NCBI GenBank assembly: GCA_965153355.1 | Contig: OZ231126.1 | Location: forward strand, 5,456,001-5,520,000 | Direction: 5' to 3' | DNA from: Flaccisagitta enflata | Lineage: Eukaryota | DNA length: 64,000 nucleotides | Shown here: positions 39,659 through 49,059 of the stretch, piece by piece | Layout: each line of letters opens with the position of its first letter | Position numbering within the stretch: position 1 is the stretch's first letter | Position numbers and translations under genes: made by a program | The notes under the pieces: model-generated | What the model was told of the DNA's origin: nothing | The model's database searches: none | What the model saw: only the letters and a program-made list of their open reading frames with translations

Positions 39659-42600
39659 ATTCGAGGCCTAGATGCCCCCAAAATACGCTGCCTAATCGAT
39701 ATTCTAATTAACACTACAACTACTAATTGCTTGATCGATACTGGGGCAGGCCCATCATGTATAAGTGAGGATTTAATGATGTCAAACGCCCACCTCAGGC
39801 AGATGAACATTCGAAAATGTGAAAGGAAGGCATACAGTGTTAGTGGTGCACCTGTTGCAACTCTCGGCATCGTTGATTTCGAATTTAAGATAAATGGCGC
39901 CTCTTATACTCATGAATTTCTGATCTTACGCGGGTTAATCCACCCCGCAATCCTTGGTCTCGACTTTCTTTCCAAATTCAATGCCAATATTCAACTTGGA
40001 GAAAATCCCCGACTCCAACTACGTCACCCTGTAAATAAACTTGTTTCTGTTGATTTTATCAAACGAGCCAAAGGAGGTAAGATACCAACTCGAATTGCAA
40101 TTGTGGGAGACATTGAAATCCCTCCACTGACCACATACTATGCAGATGCATACATTTCTAACATTGAAGGAGTAGCAGGAATTGAAGACACTTCGAAAGA
40201 ACGGCTTTTCGGCATAACAAGCATTCAGCATGAAGACCCACTCTTTGACCCAGGGATCATAATGAGAGATGCGGTAATCGATCCCAAATCAGCCCAATTC
40301 AAGGTGGAACTAATGAATCCGTCCAGTTTTAAACTAAAAGTCGCTGCCGATACCCCAGTGGGCTTCATATTCGATGAAAACTGTGAAATTCTAGAAAATG
40401 AAAGTCATGTCAGCAATATTTGGGATGAACCGGCGGTAAGCGAACAGGACGCATACCTCCGCCAGCAAGCATTGCTATCTTCGTCAATTAGCATGGTGGA
40501 GGAGAAATCAAGATCGGCTAATTCACCAGGCCAACCAGCCCAGCAGGTGCCTGGTTCCTCACAGCCGACCAACGCCGCAAATCCGACTGATACAGCGGCC
40601 GAGCCCGAGCCAGATCCCGATGCCACGGAGGTGAAAAGACACCTCCACCACCCAACGCGTCCACCCAATCAGAATGGAGCGGAGCCTCCACTCGTGACTC
40701 AGCCCAGGACTGAGCCGAGTTTGGGCCCCGAAAATAAAGCTGATTGCAGTTACTTTACTCGTGCCTTCGAAGATAGCAGTGATGAACTCAAGTTTGCCCA
40801 CCGTCTCAAACCAGGTGAAACTATCACCAAAGACAACAAAGCCTTCATCATTGATTTAAGTGGGTGTGATGCTATTGATCAAAATCAAAAAGACAAACTG
40901 GAAGAGACTATAATGCAACACCAGAAAGCCTTTGCCAAGAACCCAATGGATGTCGGTTGCACGAAGCTAGTCTATCACCACGTGAAGATCTCATCGGATC
41001 AACCAGTCTATGCTTCATATCATAAGGCCCAGGGCACGGAAATTCGAAAAGTCATAGATGAACAGACAGAAGGTCTCCTAGCTGCAGGCGTTATCAAAGA
41101 ATCTGAGAGCCCTTACTGCTCTCCCATCGTCATGGCAAGGAAAAAGGACGGTGGATGGCGCTATTGCGTCGACCTGAGAAAAATCAACAACCTGACCGAA
41201 AAAGTCTCCTTCCCTCTACCGAAAATCGAGGATGCCCTGCGACGACTGAAGCAACCGAAGATATTCTCCTCGCTTGATCTGCTCAAGGCGTATTATCAAA
41301 TTCCGGTAGTGGAGGAGCACCAACGCTACTACGCGTATTCCGATGGAAGAAGACATCTTCAATTCGCCCGCTGCCCCATGGGGGCCAAAAATAGCGGCTC
41401 GTCGCTCGCCCTCCTGATGGAACTCGTGCTCAGGGGCCTCCCCCCTGAGTGCGTAATCGGATATCTCGATGATATCCTCATAGCGACGGAAGATTGGGAA
41501 ACGCACCTCAAGATCATCTCACGCCTACTCACTGCCCTGGAACACGCCGGACTGAAGTTGTGCCCCGGCAAATGCCATTTCGGAAGGAAGGAAGTCAAAA
41601 CACTGGGCTACACTTTGTCGGAAAAGGGCATAAGACCGGATGACTACAATTTGGACAAAATCAGGAAGTGGACAGAAGCCAAGGACGTCAGCCAAGTCCG
41701 AACCTTCCTCGGACTTAGCGGTTATTATCGAGGAATCATCCGGGGCTATGCCCACATCGCGGCACCTCTCACTGATTTGTTGCAAGAAAACGTCGCCTGG
41801 AAATGGGAAGAAAGTCAAAAACAGGCTTTTGGGAAACTGAAAGAGATACTTCTATCTGAGCCTGTCGCCTCATACCCAGATTATGACCTCCCATTCCTAC
41901 TAAAAACAGATGCCTCCAAAGTGGCCATGGGAGCCGTATTGGGCCAAAGGAAGGAGAAGAAAAAGGAAACAATGATTGCATGTACAAGCAAAAAGTTCAA
42001 CAAGGACGAATTAAACTGGATCCCTTACGACCGAGAGTATTGGGCAGTAGTCTCTGGGGTAAGGCACTTTGCACACTATCTCAGGTTCAAACCCTTTGAG
42101 ATCATCGTCGACCACAAGCCCCTTTTGGCATGGAAAAATGTGACAACCCAACGCGACGGATCTAACAAACGCACGCGCTGGGCTATGGAGCTCAGTACAT
42201 TTGACTTCACTATGTACTACAAGGAAGGCAAACGTCACGGCGATGCGGACGCGTTGTCCCGTCATCCAGAGCCGGATGAGCCCGATGAAGAATCCGAAGA
42301 TGAGGTAATAAGCCTGGTGGAAACAAACGATCCATCGTCCATTTACTTCTTGGCTGCATCATTCGCGGCAGAGATTGGATTGGTGGAAATACATTCAGAT
42401 GAAAAGGCTGCAGAAGAAATGAAGGAGTTGCAAAGCAAGGACCCAGTTATTGTGAAAGCAGTTGAACTCATCAGGTCAAAGGTCACTGACAAAGAAGGCT
42501 GGAAAGACCTGCCCAATTGGTATGTCCAGAACAGACGAGACTTCGCAGTTAGTGAGGGCGTGCTATATCACTCAAAACAAATTAGTTCTTCCAACAAGCC

Positions 42601-44842
42601 AATAGCGAGAACGGTGATCCCCGAATCCAAACGCATAGAAATGCTGTACAGGGCCCACGGACACACTCAAAGTGGCCACCCTTGCGCTCAAAGGGCCAAA
42701 TCAAGGTTGGAGAAATTCGCCGTTTGGCCAGGAATGTCGGATGATATCAAGGACTTCGTACATCGATGCGCTGAATGCCAGGCGGTCCGTAAAGACATTC
42801 CTAGAAAATTTTCACCCATTGAAGCTCAAACAGCCAATCATCCACTGGAATTCGTCCAAGCCGACCTCTACTTTGTTGGCAAATCACACAAGAAATTCAT
42901 TTATGTTATGGTGATGGAAGATAGAGCAACAAAACACTGCAAACTTTTTGCCCTCAAAGACGGCCAATCCACTAGCGTCGCCGCATGTCTAGAGATCTAC
43001 ATCTCGCAACTGGGATGTCCAGACCGATGGGGAACTGACGGAGGAAAAGAATTTTTCGACAGGCTAATCATGGCACTCTGCAGGGTCTTCAGAATAAAGA
43101 AAGAATTCGCATTGGCATATAGACCACAGACCCAAGGACAAACGGAGAGAAAGAACAGAACGATCAAAGCAGAGTTGGCAAAGCGATTCCATCAGTTTGG
43201 ACCAGATTGGCCTTCAATGCTAAAGTGGATTGAATTCTCCTACAATACAACCATCCACCCAAGCCATGGATTCACGCCCTTTCAACTCATGTTCGGAAGA
43301 GAACCACGCCTCCCAATTGAGCAAGACATCCCTCACATCAGCACCAAAGGCTGGAAGACATCAATGAAAAACTACTTCACCGACTTCCTTGATCACTTCC
43401 ACAAGATGAGGGAGATGGCGGCGAGAAATCGCGAGGCCTACAAGGCTAAAATGGGCTCCCAACATAAACACCTTCTCGCACCAGTTCCGCCTGGAACAAA
43501 AGTCCTGAGATCTATCCCCGAAAAACTCGTTGGCAAGGCAGATCTCCTGAAGGACGGCCCATGGACCGTCCTTGAGCAAAGAGAAAAAGAAGGAAAACCA
43601 CTCCCAGTTTACGTCGTCAAAGACGAGCAGGGAAATACACTCTTCACACATCGTCAAAATCTCTCCTTGTTCAAAGAACCAGTCATCAAGAATGAGCCAC
43701 AAGAGCAAAGTCAGAAAACGACGACCCCAAAGAAAGTCAAAACGCCAGAAACGAAGGTGAAGGAAGTCAGTGAAGGACCGGCGTCGCGCACAAGGTCCAA
43801 AGCAAGGCCAATCCTAACTCTCGTAAGGCGTCAAAATGCCGCCGCCGCGCCGCCGCCGCCGCCGCAGCAGCAACCGCCGCAGCGGCGAGGGCAGCAGCCG
43901 GGTCCAAGACCCCCGCCGCCACCCGACGGCGACGATGACGACGGCGATGGTGATGACGACGATGACGACGATGACGAGGATGATGACGACGCCGACATTA
44001 TTGGAGATATTCCCGGAGATAGCCCAGGAGACATCCCTGGGGACATTCCGGGAGACATCCCCGGAGACGACGCCGCTGCCACACAACCAACGCCGCCGCC
44101 ACAACAGCAGCAGCAGCAGCAGCAGCAGCCGCGGCAACCGCCGCAACAACCGTCACAACCAGCAGGCATTAACAACGACGATGGTGAGTTGGAAAACAAC
44201 GAAGACGAAAACGGCGCCGGAAGCGCCGATAGGGAAGAAGAAGAAGAGGAGGAAGAGAGGTTTGAGTCGGAGAGTGAAGAGGAAGAGAGCAACGATGAAT
44301 CGCCAAACGATACTCTCAGAAACGAAGACCGATCGATTGACCGATTCAACGACGCCGGGCACCTCACAACGCCGGACCTCAGCAGCGCCGGCAATTCACC
44401 GGCGGTAAACCGACAAATCCGTCTTCAAGATTTTCATGGCGACTCCGACAGCCAAGAAGAAGAATTTCTGTCTGGAGAAGAAGGTAATGACCTCAACGCC
44501 TTCCTGCCGCCACGCCACGATGCGCCGCTCCTACCGCTTCGGCGTCAATTGCCACAGGCAAGAGTAGCGCCGCAACCATCAACAGGAAGACGCAGCTCTC
44601 TCATTCCAGACTCATCGCCAATGGCAAGAGAAATGGAAGGTGGTGGACAGAGTCTGGCAGAACGGCGACTAAGCTCAACAGAAGGGCCTCCCATCGTACC
44701 GGATAACGCCGATGTCTCCATCACAGCCGCCGACGATGACCCTTTATTTAGGGGCGGCAGAATTGTAGAAATGGTGACAAATCGAGCCGGCGTAAGAACT
44801 TCGGTGACAAGAAGCCGAAGAAATCAGTCTCCATCTCAGTAA
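39659..44842 (+). CDS. pol: pol polyprotein: aspartic protease, RT, RNase H, integrase, long disordered tail
   Basis: LIDTGA and ILGLDFL (PR); YCSPIVMARKKDGGWRYCVDLR and YLDD (RT); LKTDASKVAMGAVL and DHKPL (RH); H-H-C-C (AHGHTQSGH...CAEC) and D,D,E (VQADL, TDGGKEF, TERKNR) (IN). Frame is open from 39659. Confidence 0.97.
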   Translation: MRGLDAPKIRCLIDILINTTTTNCLIDTGAGPSCISEDLMMSNAHLRQMNIRKCERKAYSVSGAPVATLGIVDFEFKINGASYTHEFLILRGLIHPAILGLDFLSKFNANIQLGENPRLQLRHPVNKLVSVDFIKRAKGGKIPTRIAIVGDIEIPPLTTYYADAYISNIEGVAGIEDTSKERLFGITSIQHEDPLFDPGIIMRDAVIDPKSAQFKVELMNPSSFKLKVAADTPVGFIFDENCEILENESHVSNIWDEPAVSEQDAYLRQQALLSSSISMVEEKSRSANSPGQPAQQVPGSSQPTNAANPTDTAAEPEPDPDATEVKRHLHHPTRPPNQNGAEPPLVTQPRTEPSLGPENKADCSYFTRAFEDSSDELKFAHRLKPGETITKDNKAFIIDLSGCDAIDQNQKDKLEETIMQHQKAFAKNPMDVGCTKLVYHHVKISSDQPVYASYHKAQGTEIRKVIDEQTEGLLAAGVIKESESPYCSPIVMARKKDGGWRYCVDLRKINNLTEKVSFPLPKIEDALRRLKQPKIFSSLDLLKAYYQIPVVEEHQRYYAYSDGRRHLQFARCPMGAKNSGSSLALLMELVLRGLPPECVIGYLDDILIATEDWETHLKIISRLLTALEHAGLKLCPGKCHFGRKEVKTLGYTLSEKGIRPDDYNLDKIRKWTEAKDVSQVRTFLGLSGYYRGIIRGYAHIAAPLTDLLQENVAWKWEESQKQAFGKLKEILLSEPVASYPDYDLPFLLKTDASKVAMGAVLGQRKEKKKETMIACTSKKFNKDELNWIPYDREYWAVVSGVRHFAHYLRFKPFEIIVDHKPLLAWKNVTTQRDGSNKRTRWAMELSTFDFTMYYKEGKRHGDADALSRHPEPDEPDEESEDEVISLVETNDPSSIYFLAASFAAEIGLVEIHSDEKAAEEMKELQSKDPVIVKAVELIRSKVTDKEGWKDLPNWYVQNRRDFAVSEGVLYHSKQISSSNKPIARTVIPESKRIEMLYRAHGHTQSGHPCAQRAKSRLEKFAVWPGMSDDIKDFVHRCAECQAVRKDIPRKFSPIEAQTANHPLEFVQADLYFVGKSHKKFIYVMVMEDRATKHCKLFALKDGQSTSVAACLEIYISQLGCPDRWGTDGGKEFFDRLIMALCRVFRIKKEFALAYRPQTQGQTERKNRTIKAELAKRFHQFGPDWPSMLKWIEFSYNTTIHPSHGFTPFQLMFGREPRLPIEQDIPHISTKGWKTSMKNYFTDFLDHFHKMREMAARNREAYKAKMGSQHKHLLAPVPPGTKVLRSIPEKLVGKADLLKDGPWTVLEQREKEGKPLPVYVVKDEQGNTLFTHRQNLSLFKEPVIKNEPQEQSQKTTTPKKVKTPETKVKEVSEGPASRTRSKARPILTLVRRQNAAAAPPPPPQQQPPQRRGQQPGPRPPPPPDGDDDDGDGDDDDDDDDEDDDDADIIGDIPGDSPGDIPGDIPGDIPGDDAAATQPTPPPQQQQQQQQQPRQPPQQPSQPAGINNDDGELENNEDENGAGSADREEEEEEEERFESESEEEESNDESPNDTLRNEDRSIDRFNDAGHLTTPDLSSAGNSPAVNRQIRLQDFHGDSDSQEEEFLSGEEGNDLNAFLPPRHDAPLLPLRRQLPQARVAPQPSTGRRSSLIPDSSPMAREMEGGGQSLAERRLSSTEGPPIVPDNADVSITAADDDPLFRGGRIVEMVTNRAGVRTSVTRSRRNQSPSQ

Positions 44843-45757
44843 TTCACATCCTCGGCGTCTTCCTCTCAACTCAAAAAAAAAAATTATCAAATTGAATGGT
44901 AAATTGTTTATTCCTAAGACTTGCCTCAAGGGCAAAGTTAAGGTAAGAGAGGAGAAATGAAAAAGTTTTTTTTGTTTTTTTTGAAAACGAAAGCAAAATG
45001 ATTGAGAGATGACAGTGACAACGATGACGATAAGAAATACTGACGACGATAAATGGACTGGACCGAAAACCGATAAGATAAATTCCAATTTCCAAAATGT
45101 ACATACTTGACCGGCCTCATGGGTCCGGTCAAAATGAGATTTATCATTACACGATGGTACGATTTTTTTTCCCCCTGCCAAAGTGGGCCTCAAATCACCC
45201 ATGAATTTACAACGGTTTCCCTAACAACTAACCCCAAGGGTATAGTTCAGGTATGAATAGATAACAAGTCGCGTGCAAATAGTCGGAAGTGGAAAAAAAT
45301 AACATCTTTTCAGTCGCGTAAAACAAATGAAGGGGGAAATTGATATGAATCTTTCAAATTATGTCGATACGACTGACCTCACGGGTTCAGTCAACAAAGA
45401 AGCTGACAAACGTTTCCCTATAACTGGCCCCAAGGGTATGGTTAAGGTATCATTGGGTTGTAAAGTCGCATGAAGATTCAATAAATGCAAAACTAACCAT
45501 TCAGTCGCGGGAAATGAGAAATATGGTGAATCTGAAAATGCCCAATGAGAGATATGCCGTAATCAACTGCCCAAATCCGAATTCAGTAGGGAATTGAAAT
45601 GTCTACTGCTTGATACATCAAACGAGCTGCCTTAGGAGGAAGGGTTAGAAGGAAGGCTGTTGTTTGTCATTGTCAAAGAGAGCCAATCAACCAATCAAAT
45701 CTGTCCCGTGATTCTCGATCAATTTATTAATCCGTGTCACCTTTCAATCCTCTAAAA

Positions 45758-45777
45758 TGCTAACCTTTTCCCCTCAG
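45758..45777 (+). promoter_or_regulatory. Candidate splice acceptor for a subgenomic ORF3 mRNA
   Basis: TGCTAAC branch point, CTTTTCCCCT pyrimidine tract and CAG, 80 nt upstream of the ORF3 ATG with no intervening ATG. Confidence 0.55.
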
Positions 45778-45856
45778 AGCGATATCCTAAGGTAAGTGAA
45801 CTGGTAATTAGGAGCAACAACGAATACAACGCCGTAACGCGGCAAAAAGCGGCGAA

Positions 45857-48481
45857 ATGAATCGCGAAAAAGACGTCTGGGCGGGCGTCTCTGCCGACCA
45901 TTTGACGGCAAACCAAAAACGAGAAGCGAGCAAAGCCAAAGACCATCAAGTGGAACTACAACGAGGTCGGAAAATGCTTCAAGCACCGTTTGAGACCGGC
46001 GACGAGGATCCTAAAGATTTTGTCATCAACACCTTGGACGGTTTTAAATCCTTTCTCAAAGAAGGCCTAGCGATGGCGGTCAAGCCGACCATTCTGGCCA
46101 TTGAGACGAAGGGAAACAGCGACTGTTGGGTAAAAGAAAGGAAACGCCTCGACGGCGACGATTACTACAAAAACGACGAGTCGTCGGGAGTTTCTATTCT
46201 GTTGATGAACATTTTCAATCGCGAGGGTCGCGATAAATTGGCTTACATCGAAATCAAGAAAATCATCGAAAACGAGCTCGACGGAGTCCCTGACTTGCCG
46301 GAGGACTTTGGTAATTTGTTGAAAAGCCCAATGGTCATGGTTCTATGCGAAAGCGCGCCAAAATACCTCAAACGGATCGAGAATTGCTTCTTTCAAAAAT
46401 TAAACGGCGTGCTGTACCTCACTCTCAACGACTTGGTCCGCCGTTACAAGGACTACCGTCGCGAAAAGCTCGATCACATTTGGAGATTCAAGTTGGATCC
46501 GTGGGAAAACGATGGCTTATTGATCAACTTCCACGAAGTTTTCCGTGTCGAAACGTTTTTCAAAAATCCCTACGAGGTTTTGGCAGACCACAGCGACGTC
46601 AAAGATCTCCGACCGTCCCAGATCAGACATGGGCTGAATAAAATGCATTTCAGCGGAATGCTCATCGCCCGCATCCTCGAGTATTTCGTCCACTGGAATT
46701 TGTCACTCTCGGTTATGGGCACTCTTTTCCCAAAAATGGAAGCGGAAGAGAGAAGCGACTTTCGCTTGCAGGAAATGCTTGAACTCGGGGTTCAACCGCC
46801 GAAATGGTACGACGAGTTTAGATGGCCGTGTTATCTGGAGGAAAGGTACGGCACCACCAGCCGCGTCGAAGGCGTCGGGGACCCGGAGAAAGTTCGAGAG
46901 GAAATGGTGGAGGTTGACAAAAACCGTCGTCGCGCGAACCCGACGGGAATGCAGGGTAAAAGAAAGTTGGAAGTGAGTGACGTCAGCGACGACGAAGACG
47001 CCGACATTGCCAACAGGAAGCGACGCGCAGACAACAACGAGACGATGAGAAGAGGAGAAAGGACGGCGAGGCACATTCGCCAGAAACGTATGTCGGAAGA
47101 AGAATTGAAGAAATGGCTGAAACACGACAAAAACGACGAGGTTCTATTCGTCAAAACGGTCATTCTTAATTTGAGAACGCATCAAGACAAAATGACGACG
47201 TTAAGAATACTCGATTTCTACGCAAATGTGTGGCCAGACGACAGGAAGGAAAAGTTGATCGCAAATTTAGCGGTCGAAGGGTTTTTCGCGGATACTTCTC
47301 ATTGCCCGCCGTTCAAAACGATGATGAGGCTAAAAATCCAAGTTCCGTCGCCTAAGTCGCTCCTGATGTATGGAGTTCAGCCTGAACAAATAGCGTCGGC
47401 CGTCGGACGTCTTGCGGGACCGCTGATTCAAAGGCGTGTACTGGTATTTTTGGAAGAGTATATGGCTTGCCCAATGGATGCACGCCTATCAATGCTGGAG
47501 AAATGCGACTTTTTCCGCCGACAGGACCTTCAAAAGTATCTAAAGAACGACGACCAGATCGAGAAATGGATCAGGGCAATTTGCGCTGAATGCCGCCTTA
47601 CGCCGTCGAACGAGTATTTCCGATTTAAGCGTCCCGGGTTTGTGGCAAGGATCATTGAAGCAGGACGTCAAGGAAGAATTTCAGCATCAAACGCCGCATT
47701 TTCCGTCGCAGTACATGTGGGCGACGACTGGGACGACAAAAGAGACGCCGTTCTGCTTGCGGCGCCGTGGCCACGATTGGCGAAATTGCTCCACGAACGT
47801 TGGGGCCTGTGGGGAGACCCGCCCCAATACCAACGTTGCGACCCGAATCTGAGAGAGGATGTCCAATGTCGACCGGCGCTGCACGCGCATCAGAAGGAAG
47901 AAGAGGTGAAATTTCTGCGCACTCAAACGGAGGTAGATGCGATGAAAACGGCCTTAGCGAATGAGGAAATATTTATTATCGATTCCCGCGAAAATCGACA
48001 CCCGAGATCGTTCGATTTGATGCCGGCGTTAGTTTCTTTCCGAGCTCCGGGGCGCGATATCTACGCGTTTTTCGCGCGCACGATGGACGCCGGTCTGCGC
48101 AACCAAATCTTGTCGTTCATGGCCGGTAAGATCTCCTTCGCGCGCCACGCCGATTTGGTCAAGAAGCTCTTGATCCCGCGAGTTCGCCGTCACAAATGGG
48201 TTAACGTCGGGAAATTTGCGTCAAAGCATGGAACCGGGAGGAGTGCCGATGCCATATGCAGCTTCGTGTGGAACGTCCGGTCATGCATCGTCGGCGTTGA
48301 CGAGTACGTATTTGATCCGCTCTCCACACAACAGAAGAGGCACGTTGCCTACGACTTGGAGTGGTTGGACGCGCTGCTGCGCAAAGTTGGTATGAGCAAC
48401 CAAGCTGTAGCCGCCGCCGCCGCCGCCGCAGCCGACGCCGCGGATGAAGACGACAACGGCGAGGAACAGCGCGACGACTGA
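45857..48481 (+). CDS. ORF3, 874 aa: unknown N-terminal part plus MUT-7/Nibbler/EXD3-like helical domain and DEDD 3'-5' exonuclease-like domain
   Basis: Exo I-like FIID709SRE712; Exo II-like KISFARHAD766LVKKL; Exo III-like PLSTQQKRH829VAYD833. Upstream AGPLIQRRVLVFLEEY resembles recalled EXD3 AGFPDLQRRLLVLMDSW. No signal peptide, TM helix or furin site of an env seen. Confidence 0.7.
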   Translation: MNREKDVWAGVSADHLTANQKREASKAKDHQVELQRGRKMLQAPFETGDEDPKDFVINTLDGFKSFLKEGLAMAVKPTILAIETKGNSDCWVKERKRLDGDDYYKNDESSGVSILLMNIFNREGRDKLAYIEIKKIIENELDGVPDLPEDFGNLLKSPMVMVLCESAPKYLKRIENCFFQKLNGVLYLTLNDLVRRYKDYRREKLDHIWRFKLDPWENDGLLINFHEVFRVETFFKNPYEVLADHSDVKDLRPSQIRHGLNKMHFSGMLIARILEYFVHWNLSLSVMGTLFPKMEAEERSDFRLQEMLELGVQPPKWYDEFRWPCYLEERYGTTSRVEGVGDPEKVREEMVEVDKNRRRANPTGMQGKRKLEVSDVSDDEDADIANRKRRADNNETMRRGERTARHIRQKRMSEEELKKWLKHDKNDEVLFVKTVILNLRTHQDKMTTLRILDFYANVWPDDRKEKLIANLAVEGFFADTSHCPPFKTMMRLKIQVPSPKSLLMYGVQPEQIASAVGRLAGPLIQRRVLVFLEEYMACPMDARLSMLEKCDFFRRQDLQKYLKNDDQIEKWIRAICAECRLTPSNEYFRFKRPGFVARIIEAGRQGRISASNAAFSVAVHVGDDWDDKRDAVLLAAPWPRLAKLLHERWGLWGDPPQYQRCDPNLREDVQCRPALHAHQKEEEVKFLRTQTEVDAMKTALANEEIFIIDSRENRHPRSFDLMPALVSFRAPGRDIYAFFARTMDAGLRNQILSFMAGKISFARHADLVKKLLIPRVRRHKWVNVGKFASKHGTGRSADAICSFVWNVRSCIVGVDEYVFDPLSTQQKRHVAYDLEWLDALLRKVGMSNQAVAAAAAAAADAADEDDNGEEQRDD

Positions 48482-49059
48482 TTCTTCCCTATTCGATTTG
48501 GCGATTTATAGGAGAGACGTGTATATAGGAAAGATGTTATTTATAGGAGAGATGTGATTATTGGAGGAATGTGATTTATAGGAAAGACGCGGATATGGAG
48601 AAATGATTCTATCTTAGAGAAATGATCTATCTTAGAGAAATGATCTATCTATGGAGAAATGATCTATCTATGAATAAATGATGGAGAAATGATTCTATTT
48701 GTGGAGAATACTTCTGTTTACGGAGAAATAATTCTATTGGTGACACATGATCTGCGCTCAAATGATTTATTCCAGATTGTTTGTTGTTGTTGGCGGGAAA
48801 ACTTAAGACCATAGGCAGCCCAAGGTCTGTGTTTGGTTTTGATACGTGTGAGAATCGGACGTTGCCCCGGGCATATGATCCATCTGCCTCACATTCATAT
48901 ATAGGTTCTCCATTTCTTGTTTACCAACACTGCGTCCATGGCGTCTGTAGGGTTGCAAGAAAAAAAATTTTGCTACTGTTCCTATCTACGATGATGTTTT
49001 CCCTGCCTTTAGATATTGATGAAAAGATGAGGACATCTTTCTTAGTCCGGCCGATCGAC

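Noticed and set aside
38261-44408. Antisense and alternate-frame ORFs over gag/pol
   Set aside because: Shadow ORFs of GC-rich, low-complexity coding sequence with no recognisable motifs.
45040-45070. Hammerhead-like CTGACGA...GAAA
   Set aside because: The intervening sequence does not form stem II and no matching cleavage-site stems were found.
45857-48481. ORF3 as envelope glycoprotein
   Set aside because: No signal peptide, transmembrane segment or furin/fusion-peptide pattern seen.
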